From Bacillota bacterium (GTDB lineage Bacteria > Bacillota > Clostridia > Lachnospirales > Lachnospiraceae), in assembly GCA_023460575.1 (NCBI GenBank), contig JAEWPQ010000101.1:11-64010 (forward strand): DNA of 64,000 nucleotides. Direction: 5' to 3'. A program made the position numbers and the translations under genes. The notes under the pieces were generated by a model that was not told where the DNA came from, ran no database searches, and worked only from the letters and a program-made list of their open reading frames with translations. Of the stretch, positions 1 through 10,779 are shown piece by piece; position 1 is the first letter of the stretch; the number at the start of each line of letters is the position of its first letter.

Positions 1-775
1 CCGCTTTTTTCCTGGCTTCTTCTTCCTTTGTCTTGCGGATTTCTTCATTCTTTTTTGCTACAGTCTGTGCATAAAGATCCGCGTTCTTCTTGGCCTGTGC
101 CAGCTGGCTGTCAAAATTTGAGACTTCTTTTTTCTTGGTGGCGATGAGAGTTTCCAGCTGTTTCTTCTGATCCTTATACTCCAGCTCCATCACTTCCATC
201 TCATTCTTGTCCTCTTCCAGATCATCCTTATAATCCGCAACCTGCTGCTTTGTCTCCTGGAATTTAACAAGCATCTTCCGGTCATATGTATAGATACCTT
301 CTACGTATTCTGCTTTATTAAGCAGATCTGACATATCCTTTACCTGAAGAAAAATATCCATGTATTGTGTATCACCCTTCTCATACATATACTGGATTCT
401 TTTTTTCATGGCCGCATACTGCTTTTCTTCTTCTTTTTTCGCTTCCTGGTAATCCGATTCTGCCTGTTTGATTTCCTTTTCCTTATTAGCCATATCGTTT
501 TCCAGAACTTTAATATCTGATAAAAGAGCCGTTAAATCAGTAGTAAGCTTAGAGACCTGATTCTGAGCCGATTTTTTCTTGTTCTCAGCTTCCTGCGCCT
601 GTTTATTCGCCTCATTCAGCTTTTTCTGAGCTTCCTGCTTTTCTTTTTCTGCCTTGGAAGTTGCATAGACCGGAACAGTCTGTGTGCAGACCATGGCACT
701 TATCATGATACCGCAGAACAGTCTTCGCAGTACTCCTGCATTTTTATGATACATAATCTGTATTTTTCGTTTCAT
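1..775 (-). CDS. Secreted coiled-coil peptidoglycan hydrolase (PcsB/CwlO-like N-terminus), 3' end outside window
   Basis: Manual translation from ATG at 775 (RBS AAAGGG): signal peptide ending VPVYA, then long K/E/Q/A coiled coil with IQYMYEKG...DLLNKAEY motif. Confidence 0.7.
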   Translation of the reverse strand, partial: MKRKIQIMYHKNAGVLRRLFCGIMISAMVCTQTVPVYATSKAEKEKQEAQKKLNEANKQAQEAENKKKSAQNQVSKLTTDLTALLSDIKVLENDMANKEKEIKQAESDYQEAKKEEEKQYAAMKKRIQYMYEKGDTQYMDIFLQVKDMSDLLNKAEYVEGIYTYDRKMLVKFQETKQQVADYKDDLEEDKNEMEVMELEYKDQKKQLETLIATKKKEVSNFDSQLAQAKKNADLYAQTVAKKNEEIRKTKEEEARKKA

Positions 776-862
776 CGTCTGTCCCTTTGCTTTTTTTCTA
801 TCTTAATCCCACCTATATGTTAACGTAAACCATGGGTAAAATTCAAGTCTAAAATAAAAAAT

Positions 863-2227
863 TTATAAAAAAGATTTCTTCTGCCCTTCCACAAGCTTTT
901 TGGAAACGATAATAAAACACAGGAAAAACAGAATTCCCTTTATAATACTGGATATGGAAAATGCCCACCAGATTCCGTCAAGTCCCAGGACTGTGCTGCC
1001 TAAGTACATGGCAAGAGGGATCCTCGCTATGGTAAATACGATACTGATCACAGAGCTTAACAAAGTTTTTCCAAGCCCCGATAACGCACCTACCGTGGTA
1101 AGTTCCACACACATAAACATCTGACTGACACCTAAAATAACAAGATAATGCACTCCCATTGGAATGACATCTGCCTCATGTATGAAAAGCCCGAATATCT
1201 GCTTTGGAAAAACTACCAGCAAAAAAGTGCAGAACATTCCCCAGCAAAACATCACTGCTGCTGCCGTAAAATATCCCTTTTTTACTCTCCCATACTGCTT
1301 TGCCCCATAATTCTGACCAACAAAGGAGTTAATCGCAGCTGCAAAACCATCTGCAGTCATCCATGAGATGGATTCAATCTGCCCTCCTACCCGGAGTACC
1401 GCCACGGCCGTATCACCAAACCCTGCCACAAACCGGGTGAGAATCATGGAAATGCTGGTGTAGATTAAATTCTGAACAGAAGCCGGGAATCCGATCCTGA
1501 TCATGGCCCCCATATAATCCCGGGGAACTCTCTGGAGCATGCGTACTTTATCAAAAACGATTCTGTCTTTACGGATTGCTTTTATAAATACAACTGTTAC
1601 AACGGCCTGGGCAATTACCGTAGCTGCTGCTGCCCCGCCGACGCCAAAACCTTTTAACGGTCCCGCTCCGAAAATTAAAAGCGGATCCAAAACCATATTT
1701 AATACCAGTCCTGCCGTATTGGCCTTTAAGGGAGTTCTGCTGTCTCCCATGGCCGTGAGAATACCGGTCAGTATCACATTCATATAAGAAAATACAATCA
1801 GACCGCAGGTGATTTTTAAATAGATCCGGGCATTCTCCACGATCCCTATGTCACTCAGTCCGAAAAAACCGATCAGCGGCTTTGCCCCAAATATGCAAAG
1901 ACCACCATAAAGAACAGAAAACAGAATTCCAAGCTGAAGCGCCCCTGATGCATATTTAGCTGCTTCCTCTTTCCTTCCTCCTCCAAGGGCATGGGCAACT
2001 TTTACCTGCCCTCCCATCTTAGCAAGCGCCACAACTCCCTGGGAAAGCCAGACATACATTCCGCCTGCCCCCACCGCAGCAACAGACGGCGCGCCCGCTA
2101 TGCCGATCCACGCCATATCCGTCAGGCTGTAAGCCATCTGAACCAGTGCGGTAACCATGATGGGAAGTGCCAGTTCCGTCAGAGAAGTAAATATGTGTCC
2201 CTTTAGTAAATCTACTTTTTTATTCAT
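863..2227 (-). CDS. MATE family efflux transporter
   Basis: ~12 TM segments, D(MAW)IG, GDSRTP and GQNYGAK motifs; start moved to ATG at 2227 with GGAG RBS. Confidence 0.92.
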   Translation of the reverse strand: MNKKVDLLKGHIFTSLTELALPIMVTALVQMAYSLTDMAWIGIAGAPSVAAVGAGGMYVWLSQGVVALAKMGGQVKVAHALGGGRKEEAAKYASGALQLGILFSVLYGGLCIFGAKPLIGFFGLSDIGIVENARIYLKITCGLIVFSYMNVILTGILTAMGDSRTPLKANTAGLVLNMVLDPLLIFGAGPLKGFGVGGAAAATVIAQAVVTVVFIKAIRKDRIVFDKVRMLQRVPRDYMGAMIRIGFPASVQNLIYTSISMILTRFVAGFGDTAVAVLRVGGQIESISWMTADGFAAAINSFVGQNYGAKQYGRVKKGYFTAAAVMFCWGMFCTFLLVVFPKQIFGLFIHEADVIPMGVHYLVILGVSQMFMCVELTTVGALSGLGKTLLSSVISIVFTIARIPLAMYLGSTVLGLDGIWWAFSISSIIKGILFFLCFIIVSKKLVEGQKKSFL

Positions 2228-2247
2228 TGATAAATTTCTCCGTTTCA

Positions 2248-2277
2248 AAAGGGCTGCCAGCTTAGCGGCAGCCCTTT
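2248..2277 (-). terminator. Intrinsic terminator after nfnB/gltA-like gene
   Basis: AAAGGGCTGCC...GGCAGCCCTTT hairpin. Confidence 0.7.
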
Positions 2278-2287
2278 ACTGTCCGGA

Positions 2288-3676
2288 TTATTCCCTGGCA
2301 GAAAGATATTCGTCAATTCCTCTCGCGCCGGCACGTCCGGCTTCCATTGCCAGAATCACAGTTGCAGCTCCTGTCACTGCATCTCCTCCGGCATATACAC
2401 CTTCCTTGCTTGTCTTTCCTGTAGATTCCTCTGCAATAATACATTTGCGCTTATTAATATCCAGTCCCTTAGTCGTATTGGATATTAAAGGATTGGGGGA
2501 TGTTCCCAGTGACATGATGACAGTATCTACATCAATGACAAATTCAGATCCTTTCACCTCTACGGGTCTTCTTCTGCCGGAAGCATCCGGTTCTCCAAGT
2601 TCCATTCTGATACATTTCATTCCGCTTACCCAGCCCTTCTCATCGGTGAGAATCTCAATTGGGTTTGACAGAAGATCAAATATAATTCCTTCTTCTTTTG
2701 CATGATGCACTTCTTCCGCTCTGGCAGGAAGTTCCGCCTCACTCCGTCTGTAAACTACATGCACTTCAGCTCCAAGACGAAGAGCAGTTCTGGCTGCATC
2801 CATCGCAACGTTGCCTCCGCCTACAACTGCTACTTTACTGCCCGCTACAATAGGGGTATCATAGTCATCGCGGAATGCTTTCATTAAATTACTTCTAGTT
2901 AAGTACTCATTGGCAGAAAATACACCATTGGCATTCTCGCCCGGAATTCCCATAAACATCGGAAGTCCGGCTCCTGAACCGATAAATACGGCCTGGAATC
3001 CTTCTTCATCAAGAAGCTCATCAATGGTAACAGATTTTCCAACGATCACATTGGTTTCAATCTTAACACCCAGCTTTCTGACATTGTCGATCTCCGGCTG
3101 TACCACGCCGTCTTTTGGAAGACGGAACTCCGGAATACCGTAAGTAAGTACACCCCCTGGCTCATGAAGCGCTTCAAATATGGTAACTTCGTATCCCAGC
3201 TTTGCAAGATCGCCTGCGCAGGTGAGACCGGAAGGACCGGATCCGATGACTGCAACCTTCTTGCCGTTTGTTTTTTCAGGTGCCTCCGGTACAATTCCAT
3301 GCTCTCTGGACCAGTCTGCAACAAACCGCTCCAGCTTGCCGATGGAAACCGGTTCTCCCTTGATTCCACGGATACACTGACCTTCACACTGGCTTTCCTG
3401 GGGACATACACGTCCGCATACAGCCGGAAGAGCGGAGGATTTTGCAATCACTTTTGCAGCTTCCTCGATATTGCCCTGTTCTACTTCCTTAATAAATCCT
3501 GGAATATCGATGGATACCGGGCAGCCCTTTACGCACTTGGGATTCTTGCACTGAATACATCTGCTGGCTTCTTCTCTTGCTTCTTCTTCGTTATATCCAA
3601 GACAAACTTCTTCAAAGTTTGTTGCTCTTACTTTTGGATCCTGTTCTCTGACTGGTACTTTCTTTAAAACGTCCAT
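2288..3676 (-). CDS. nfnB: NADPH-dependent glutamate synthase small-subunit-like / NfnB transhydrogenase subunit
   Basis: CxxCxxxxCxxxCP Fe-S motif, GRVCPQE, GSGPSG and GGGNVAMD Rossmann motifs; paired with NfnA-like gene. Confidence 0.85.
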   Translation of the reverse strand: MDVLKKVPVREQDPKVRATNFEEVCLGYNEEEAREEASRCIQCKNPKCVKGCPVSIDIPGFIKEVEQGNIEEAAKVIAKSSALPAVCGRVCPQESQCEGQCIRGIKGEPVSIGKLERFVADWSREHGIVPEAPEKTNGKKVAVIGSGPSGLTCAGDLAKLGYEVTIFEALHEPGGVLTYGIPEFRLPKDGVVQPEIDNVRKLGVKIETNVIVGKSVTIDELLDEEGFQAVFIGSGAGLPMFMGIPGENANGVFSANEYLTRSNLMKAFRDDYDTPIVAGSKVAVVGGGNVAMDAARTALRLGAEVHVVYRRSEAELPARAEEVHHAKEEGIIFDLLSNPIEILTDEKGWVSGMKCIRMELGEPDASGRRRPVEVKGSEFVIDVDTVIMSLGTSPNPLISNTTKGLDINKRKCIIAEESTGKTSKEGVYAGGDAVTGAATVILAMEAGRAGARGIDEYLSARE

Positions 3677-4566
3677 TAGTTGTCACCTCCACACTGTCCG
3701 CAGCCGCCATGATGAGTATCGCCTTCCCGGGTCTTTAAAATAGCGCGCCCTTCTTCACTCTTATACATCATCTGACGCTTCATGGCTTCGTCAAAATTCA
3801 CTTTATGGCCGTCAAATTCCGGTCCATCCACACAGGCAAATTTGATCTCGTCCCCAACAGTGATACGGCAGGCTCCGCACATTCCCGTACCGTCGACCAT
3901 AACCGGGTTTAAGCTGACAATGGTTGGAATTCCCAGTTCCTTTGTCATAAGGCAGGTAAACTTCATCATAATCATTGGCCCGATAGCAACGCAGACATCA
4001 TAATGTTTTCCCTGATTCACCACCAGATCCTTAATCACCTCGGTAACCATTCCTTTTCTTTCATAGGAACCGTCATCTGTGGTCACATATAAGTTACCGG
4101 CCTGTTCTCTCATGGAGTCTTCCAGGATAAGTAAATCCTTTGTCTTCGCACCCATGATTACATCAACCGATATTCCGTGTTCCTTCATCCATTTCACCTG
4201 GGGATAAACAGGAGCAGTTCCCACACCGCCTGCTACGAATAAATACTTTCTTTTCTTTACTTCTTCTAAATCTTCTTCCACAAATTCCGATGCATTACCC
4301 AAAGGTCCTACTACATCCTCAAAGCTGTCTCCTGTTTTTAAATCAGCCATCTTTTCCGTGCTGGCACCCACTGTCTGAAATACAATGGTAATTGAACCCT
4401 TATCACGATTATAATCACAGATTGTGAGCGGAATCCGCTCTCCTCTGTCATCCATCTTAACGATAACAAATTCTCCAGGCTGGCAGGCTTTGGCAATCCG
4501 GGGTGCTTCCACATCCATCAGATAGATCTTGTCAGCTAACATCTCTGCTTTTAGAATCCTGTACAT
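3676..4566 (-). CDS. nfnA: NfnA-like ferredoxin-NADP reductase subunit (sulfide/dihydroorotate dehydrogenase-like)
   Basis: ERIPLT, GGVGTAP, DGTGMCGAC...CVDGPEF [2Fe-2S] motif; AGGAGG RBS before ATG at 4566. Confidence 0.85.
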   Translation of the reverse strand: MYRILKAEMLADKIYLMDVEAPRIAKACQPGEFVIVKMDDRGERIPLTICDYNRDKGSITIVFQTVGASTEKMADLKTGDSFEDVVGPLGNASEFVEEDLEEVKKRKYLFVAGGVGTAPVYPQVKWMKEHGISVDVIMGAKTKDLLILEDSMREQAGNLYVTTDDGSYERKGMVTEVIKDLVVNQGKHYDVCVAIGPMIMMKFTCLMTKELGIPTIVSLNPVMVDGTGMCGACRITVGDEIKFACVDGPEFDGHKVNFDEAMKRQMMYKSEEGRAILKTREGDTHHGGCGQCGGDN

Positions 4567-4723
4567 CTTCATCCTCCTAATGTCTTCGTGAATATACCTT
4601 CGCACCGTTCCTGAAAGCCATCCTGACAATCAGGTGAAATGGTACTCATTTCATATTATCATTTTTAAATGTCAAAGACAATATAAAAAGACAAATATCA
4701 ATATTTTTAATAAATACATATCA

Positions 4724-5242
4724 TTATTTTTTTATCGATTGACCACTTCTCTGATACATGCGGAACGTGTAACACAAATTAAAATACGTCTGTTCTTCAC
4801 TTTCAGCACACATCTCCCAGCCGGTGTCCATATCCAGGTTTGGAAAATGAGTATCTGCGCTGTAAGCATAGTCAATATATGTCACATGAGCCGTATCGCA
4901 ATATGGCAGGAACTGCTCATAAATGCTCTGTCCCCCAATGACGAAACATTCTTTTCCAGTGTGCTTATCAAGCTCCTGCAGCACTTCTTCCATACTATTG
5001 CAGATTACGGCACCTTTCACCCTATATTCAGGATTTCTGGTAAGAACGATATTGGTCCTTCCATATAATGGCTGTTTTCCCGGAAGACTCTCCAATGTCT
5101 TACGGCCCATAATGATTACTTTACCAAGAGTCTCCTCCCTAAACATCCGCTTATCCTCAGGTATGGATACCAGAAGCTGGCCCTGATTCCCGATGGCCCA
5201 GTTTTTATCCACTGCTACAATCAAATTCATATGCATGTCCAC
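4724..5242 (-). CDS. folA: Dihydrofolate reductase
   Basis: IVAV..NWAIG, MGRKT.ESL, R.NIVLT, IGG.SIY, ADTHFP motifs. Confidence 0.93.
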   Translation of the reverse strand: MDMHMNLIVAVDKNWAIGNQGQLLVSIPEDKRMFREETLGKVIIMGRKTLESLPGKQPLYGRTNIVLTRNPEYRVKGAVICNSMEEVLQELDKHTGKECFVIGGQSIYEQFLPYCDTAHVTYIDYAYSADTHFPNLDMDTGWEMCAESEEQTYFNLCYTFRMYQRSGQSIKK

Positions 5243-5244
5243 CT

Positions 5245-5868
5245 TTATTCTTCCTCTGCAAGAATCAGCTCCTTCGCATAAGGGAGCGTTTCAATCCAGC
5301 TGCAGAATGTATGCCATTCTTTTAATTTGTGCCCTCTTCTTGAAAAATAGATATTGATTAAAGTTTCATAGTTTAATGTGCATGTGCGCATCTGGTTATA
5401 ACTGGCAGGGAGAAGCTGGATCATATCATACCAGTCCTCTTTATTTTTTGTTTCAATATAACGCAGACGGATCTTTTCTAATTCTTCCACAACCGTTCCC
5501 ATAAAGGCAAGAGTTCTCTCTGTCATATGGTCATGGCTGAAATCATCCATACCAAATGGTTTTGAATGCATCCTGTGCATAGTGCTTGTGGAGTTCGCTA
5601 CGGTAGATACTTTATAGGTATCGTATTCCTTCCACCAATACAGGGGAGCAGTAACATCTACAGAAACAAAGATCTGGCGAATGAACTTTCTATGGTCGCT
5701 GCCGGCCTTTCTTAAACGTCTGGCAAGTCCCAGATCGTTGGGTCCCAGAATGTATTCTCCATCCTCATTGTATTCGCTGTCCATACGGTCCCAGCTGTTC
5801 ATCGGATTTCTTGCACCACGAATGGCATTTTCTATGTTCATAACACTGGTTCTTTCACATTTTAACAT
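5245..5868 (-). CDS. Conserved protein, divergent ThyX (flavin-dependent thymidylate synthase)-like
   Basis: H.KF.R.I, STSTMH, QLLP.SY.Q.R..TLNY..L.N....R..H.L.EW pattern resembles the ThyX fold; the canonical RHRxxxxxxxS motif is absent. Confidence 0.5.
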   Translation of the reverse strand: MLKCERTSVMNIENAIRGARNPMNSWDRMDSEYNEDGEYILGPNDLGLARRLRKAGSDHRKFIRQIFVSVDVTAPLYWWKEYDTYKVSTVANSTSTMHRMHSKPFGMDDFSHDHMTERTLAFMGTVVEELEKIRLRYIETKNKEDWYDMIQLLPASYNQMRTCTLNYETLINIYFSRRGHKLKEWHTFCSWIETLPYAKELILAEEE

Positions 5869-6045
5869 GGTAACTTCCTTTCTGAATGCGGTTTCCCTGT
5901 TTCATAGTCCCATCCATTATAAAACAAAACATGTGTTTCGTCTATTTCTTTATTACCCGATTTGTTTTGAAAAATATTGTCTGTTTCCTATTGAATCATG
6001 GCAAATAGTCTTCTATAATTGTAATATTAAGTTTTTGGAAGGAGA

Positions 6046-6375
6046 ATGATACGAATGGACGAGAATTACATACCGATAAGACTGGCACAGCTTCGGAAAA
6101 AAAAAGGCATATCTGCCAGAGAAATGAGTCTTTCGCTGGGACAGACGAAAGATTACATCAGCGATATCGAATCAAAAAATACGACGCCATCAATGGAACA
6201 CTTTCTGTTGATTTGTGAATTTTTAGGTATATCGCCAAGGGAATTTTTTGATGAAGAAAATCCAAACCCCATCCTGCTTCATGAACTGATCACAGAACTG
6301 GAGCCATTAAAGGACCAGGACTTCGACAATCTGTTAAACCTTCTGTTTGAAGGTCAGAAAAAGCTAAAGAAATAG
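6046..6375 (+). CDS. XRE-family helix-turn-helix regulator
   Basis: RLAQLRKKKGISAREMSL.LG...YIS.IE...TPS. Confidence 0.85.
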   Translation: MIRMDENYIPIRLAQLRKKKGISAREMSLSLGQTKDYISDIESKNTTPSMEHFLLICEFLGISPREFFDEENPNPILLHELITELEPLKDQDFDNLLNLLFEGQKKLKK

Positions 6376-6436
6376 CGGCAGAAAACAAGCGGGAAAACTG
6401 AAAGTTATGATCCCAGTCTCCCGCTTTAAGCACTTA

Positions 6437-9400
6437 TCAAATGGCAGTTATATGATCTAAATCCCACCGTATTTTACTTCCGCTTTCGCTTTTTATAACA
6501 GTCAGCTTTTTATCAATCTGCTCTTTTAATTCGCTTACATGAGAGATAATTCCAATCAGCCTGTGTTCCCCTGCCAGTTCTAAAAGAATCCTCACTGCTC
6601 TTAATCTGGATTCCTCATCCAGTGATCCGAAGCCTTCGTCAATAAACATTGCATCCATCCGAACATTCCCAGCCGTTCTCTGAATAATATCCGCCATCCC
6701 CAAAGCCATGGCAAGAGCTGCCATAAAGGATTCTCCGCCAGACAATGTCTTCACATCACGTACCTGACCGGTCGCCAGGCTGTACACATCAAGATCCAGT
6801 CCAACCTCGCCCTGCCTGCCTAAGGAGTTCAAATCCCGGCATTGCAGAAGGAACTGACCATCAGACATGATCTTTAACCGTTTATTTGCAGCATGAACCA
6901 TCTGATTAAAGTACTGGCGCTGTACATAGGTCTGGAAGTCCAGACTGACTGAAAGCTTTCCATTGGCTGTCTGGTTTAAGCTGTGGTACAGCTGATATTG
7001 CTTTTCCAGTTCTTTGCGTTCCTTCCAAAGCTTCTTTAAATTGCTTTCTGTCCGTTCTGCACGGCTTTTGATCCCTGCGATTTCTGCCGATTTCAGCTGC
7101 AGAATCTTTTGCTCTTTCCGTAAGTTATCTGCTTCTTCCTCCCAAAGCGATGTATCGATCCGTTCCCGGCCTTTTGTCTCTTCTTTGTACTGATTATAAA
7201 TCGTTTCGGCAGTGAGACATGCTTCCTCGTAGCCCCTTATGTCCTGCTGCCAGGTTTTTCTCTGTTCTGAAGACATCTTTGCCTTAAGATATTCATCTTC
7301 ATCGGAAAATCCCAGCCTGTTAAGCAGTGAGAAGTAAGCTTCTTTTGCGCTCACCTGTGCAGTTAAAAGAACTTCTCTGTTCTCTTTTAATGAAGCAAGA
7401 CGGCCCCTCTTTTCCCGCTCCTCTTCCGATAACAGAAGAAACTTTTCATTTGCCTCTTTTTCTGCCGAAAGCAGCAGATCCCTTCTGTTAATCAGCTTTT
7501 CCTGCTGGATTTTTGCCTGCCTCAAATCCGGATAGGGAAGTCTTTTTTCCAACTGCTCACGTTGTGCGGACAGGGCGGAATTTTTCACCTTTTTATCCTG
7601 CCATTCACTCCTGAGTTTTTCTCTTTCCTCTTCCAGTACTGGAATGCGGTTTAAATCATTCTGTTTATTTTCTATCAGACTTTTTAAATTTTCTTCTGCT
7701 TTTCTGGCTTTTTTTTCTTCTTCCTCAGCTTTTATCAACAGAAGATTTGTTTCTTTCTCTTTAACAATTAACCGTTCTTCCAATGAATCCCAGTCACTGC
7801 AGGGACCGAGCAGCAGACCGGCCTCTTTTTTTATCAGTTCTTCCTGGTGGCGGCAGCTTTCCTGCTTTTTAACAGCCAGCAGTGCTGCTTTAGACCGGTT
7901 CTCATTTGCCTGATCCCGTTTCATTCTGGACTCATCTACCATTTCTGCAGTGGTGCTCTCCCCGGAAAGCTTCGCTTTTTGTGGATGATGAATGGAACCG
8001 CAGACAGGACAGGGACTTCCCTCACTTAGATTACCAGCCAGCAGGCCTGCCTGCTGGTTAAAAAAGCTTTGATAGCGAAGGGAATATTGGGACTGGGCCT
8101 CTTCATATGCAGTCTGGGCGGCTTCTTCGGATTGCCTGAGCCTGGCCAGTTCAAGCTGGTCAGAACAGATCTGTTTTAAAGCCGGAAAAAGACTTTTTAA
8201 AGCCTCTTCCATTCTCGTATACTCAGATTTCAGCTGTCTAAGTTCCGGGAGCTTTGCGGCGGCTGCTGTTAAAAGTTCCTGCTGCTTTTCATATTCTTTT
8301 AAGCGCAGGCTGACTCTTCCGTATTCATTCTCTGCTTCCTCAAAGCGTTTTTTTGATTCCTCTTCTTCGTTTTTTCTGATCCGGTACAGTTCTTCTGTTT
8401 TTCTCCAATCCTCATACAGAGGCATGGAAGAATTCAGCCGGTCTAAAAGAATGGAAAGTTTTGGGACTTCATTTTGTGATGCATCCCGGCTTTCCATAGC
8501 TGCTTTCTTTGCCACTGACAGTATTTCCTCTGTTTTTTTAAGTTCTTCCTCAAGCCCCTCTTCCCGCTTCAGAGCTGCTTCACAGTCACTTTTTTTATCC
8601 TTATACTGTATCTCTTTTGTATATGCTTTTTCAGCAAGTTCCCCTCTGGAAAGCTGTTCTTTCTTCCTATTCCAGTCATCACTCTGAAGCTTAAGCCCCT
8701 TTACACGGTCAGAAGCTTCCTGTAACCTGTCAAAAAGCCGGTTCTGCTCCAGGGCCAGATTACGTTTGCTTTCCACACTGGAAAGAAGTTCGCTGTTTTT
8801 TACCCTCTCATCAGACAGCAGCTTTTCTTTATCACGGATTTCATTTAAAATGGCAGACAGTCTGTTTATAATCTCTTCCGTTTTCGTCTCCGGAAATTCC
8901 AGCAGCTTAAGCCACTCATCTTCATGAATGCTGTCCTGTAACAGCTCCACGTTTCCTGTCTCATGAATGGTAAGCTTCCGGTTATCCTCCAGCTTTCCGG
9001 CATAAAAGTTGTTTTTTTCCTTCAATTTATACTGGATCCTGCTGAAAATTCCTGTATTGAAAATTCTGGAAAAGATCTCTTTTCTCTCTCTTGAGGAAGC
9101 GAGAAGAAGTTTTAAATAATCTCCCTGGGCAATCATCGCAATCTGGGAAAACTGGCTTGAGTCCACACCGATGATCTCCTCAATCTTCTGGTTGATGTCA
9201 CGCAGATTACCCGCAAATTCCAGACCAGCCGGAAGAATCAGGGAGGCTTTTGCAGGAACTGAGATTTTCGTATATTCTCCGTCCTTATTCTTTCGTTTAC
9301 TGACTCTTAAATAAGACGGGCTTCTTGTAATCTCATATATTTCCCCCTGCTCTAAAAATCGTAAAGTAACAAAGGTTTCCCTATCCCCGTCTGCATACTG

Positions 9401-9601
9401 GCTGCGCATCATGGAGGGTTCTCTTCTTTGTCCGCTGGTTTCACCAAAAAGGGCAAAGGAAACAGCATCAAAAATCGTAGTTTTTCCAGAACCGGTATCT
9501 CCGGTGATCAGGAAAATTCCATGTCCGGCTATTTCAAAATCTACGGTTTCTACATCTTTATAGGAACCGAACGCAGACATCGTCAGTTTCAGCGGTTTCA
9601 T
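6437..9601 (-). CDS. sbcC: SbcC exonuclease ATPase subunit
   Basis: Walker A GDTGSGKT, CPVCG zinc hook, LSGGE signature, FIDEGFGSLD. Confidence 0.95.
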   Translation of the reverse strand: MKPLKLTMSAFGSYKDVETVDFEIAGHGIFLITGDTGSGKTTIFDAVSFALFGETSGQRREPSMMRSQYADGDRETFVTLRFLEQGEIYEITRSPSYLRVSKRKNKDGEYTKISVPAKASLILPAGLEFAGNLRDINQKIEEIIGVDSSQFSQIAMIAQGDYLKLLLASSRERKEIFSRIFNTGIFSRIQYKLKEKNNFYAGKLEDNRKLTIHETGNVELLQDSIHEDEWLKLLEFPETKTEEIINRLSAILNEIRDKEKLLSDERVKNSELLSSVESKRNLALEQNRLFDRLQEASDRVKGLKLQSDDWNRKKEQLSRGELAEKAYTKEIQYKDKKSDCEAALKREEGLEEELKKTEEILSVAKKAAMESRDASQNEVPKLSILLDRLNSSMPLYEDWRKTEELYRIRKNEEEESKKRFEEAENEYGRVSLRLKEYEKQQELLTAAAAKLPELRQLKSEYTRMEEALKSLFPALKQICSDQLELARLRQSEEAAQTAYEEAQSQYSLRYQSFFNQQAGLLAGNLSEGSPCPVCGSIHHPQKAKLSGESTTAEMVDESRMKRDQANENRSKAALLAVKKQESCRHQEELIKKEAGLLLGPCSDWDSLEERLIVKEKETNLLLIKAEEEEKKARKAEENLKSLIENKQNDLNRIPVLEEEREKLRSEWQDKKVKNSALSAQREQLEKRLPYPDLRQAKIQQEKLINRRDLLLSAEKEANEKFLLLSEEEREKRGRLASLKENREVLLTAQVSAKEAYFSLLNRLGFSDEDEYLKAKMSSEQRKTWQQDIRGYEEACLTAETIYNQYKEETKGRERIDTSLWEEEADNLRKEQKILQLKSAEIAGIKSRAERTESNLKKLWKERKELEKQYQLYHSLNQTANGKLSVSLDFQTYVQRQYFNQMVHAANKRLKIMSDGQFLLQCRDLNSLGRQGEVGLDLDVYSLATGQVRDVKTLSGGESFMAALAMALGMADIIQRTAGNVRMDAMFIDEGFGSLDEESRLRAVRILLELAGEHRLIGIISHVSELKEQIDKKLTVIKSESGSKIRWDLDHITAI

Positions 9602-10767
9602 AATCCTTCCTCCTCCTTTGCTTCCTGCACAATTTTCTCCATGGCAAGATAAGCTTCCTCTGTCATCTCTTCTCCGCTTACCGTCTTATAAAACTGCCGG
9701 AAGGCTTCCAGTGGATTTAAAACGGGTACCCGCTCCTCTTCCTCCATCATTTTTTCCCTGGTGCGCACATTGTCCACCTTCAGTTCCAGCAGATAATCGT
9801 AAACTTCCTTTAACTGTTCTCTGATCCGGTAAGGCTCCTCTTCGTCAGTTAAGGTAACGCTTACAAAATCATGGCGGTTTTCATCATCTGCGCGGCTTAG
9901 AACCTCCTCTAAAGTACCTCTTTCCCTTCTTACATCCTGAATGCCGCGAAGAGGAAGAATTTCAAAGGCAGGTTCTTCGCCCTTTGCTCCCATATGTATG
10001 ACTGTGATTCCTTTCCTGTGGTGCTCCTCACTTACGGAATATTTAAAAGGTGTCCCACAGTAACGGATCCAGTCCTTTGAAACCTTCTGGGATCCGTGAA
10101 GATGACCCAGCGCTACATAATCAAACGCCGGAAGTACGGAAACGTCCACCCGGTCCAGTCCTCCTGCTATAATGACTGCCTGCTCTGATTCACATGTTTG
10201 GGGATCTGTGCTTCCCCCGGTGTAAAACTGATGGGATAAAAGAACATTTCGCTCCCTGGTGTCTATGCTTTCTCTTAAAAGAACCTCCCTGACAGCATTT
10301 TCGTATCCTTCGGGCGGACTGTCCGGGAAAAGATTTCTTACGTATCCAGGCTTAAAAAAAGGCAGCAGATAGAAATTAACCGGTCCGGATTCATCGGAAA
10401 GCACCACTTTTTTTAAGAACTCATCCTGACTTTGAGGCGGCATCACTGACATATGAATGGAATGCTTTTCCAAAAATGAACCTGCATAGGAAAGCCTTTC
10501 GGGAGAATCATGATTTCCGGCTATGATGAGAACTGCCGGCTGCGGTCTGATCATGGAAAGTGCATCTAAAAATCCCCCGAATATTGTATAGGCTTCTGCT
10601 GATGGAACTGTTTTATCATAAATATCGCCGCAGATTAATATTGCATCGGGTTTTTCTGCAGCTGCATAATCCACAATCTGGTTTAACACAGCTTTCTGAT
10701 TTTCCGTTAAGCTGTAACCATTTAACTGTTTTCCGATATGTAAATCGGACAAATGAAAGAGTTTCAT
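9598..10767 (-). CDS. sbcD: SbcD exonuclease nuclease subunit
   Basis: HLSDLHIG, GDIYD, GNHD, ALGHLH; overlaps sbcC start. Confidence 0.95.
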   Translation of the reverse strand: MKLFHLSDLHIGKQLNGYSLTENQKAVLNQIVDYAAAEKPDAILICGDIYDKTVPSAEAYTIFGGFLDALSMIRPQPAVLIIAGNHDSPERLSYAGSFLEKHSIHMSVMPPQSQDEFLKKVVLSDESGPVNFYLLPFFKPGYVRNLFPDSPPEGYENAVREVLLRESIDTRERNVLLSHQFYTGGSTDPQTCESEQAVIIAGGLDRVDVSVLPAFDYVALGHLHGSQKVSKDWIRYCGTPFKYSVSEEHHRKGITVIHMGAKGEEPAFEILPLRGIQDVRRERGTLEEVLSRADDENRHDFVSVTLTDEEEPYRIREQLKEVYDYLLELKVDNVRTREKMMEEEERVPVLNPLEAFRQFYKTVSGEEMTEEAYLAMEKIVQEAKEEEGL

Positions 10768-10779
10768 CGTTATTCCTCC

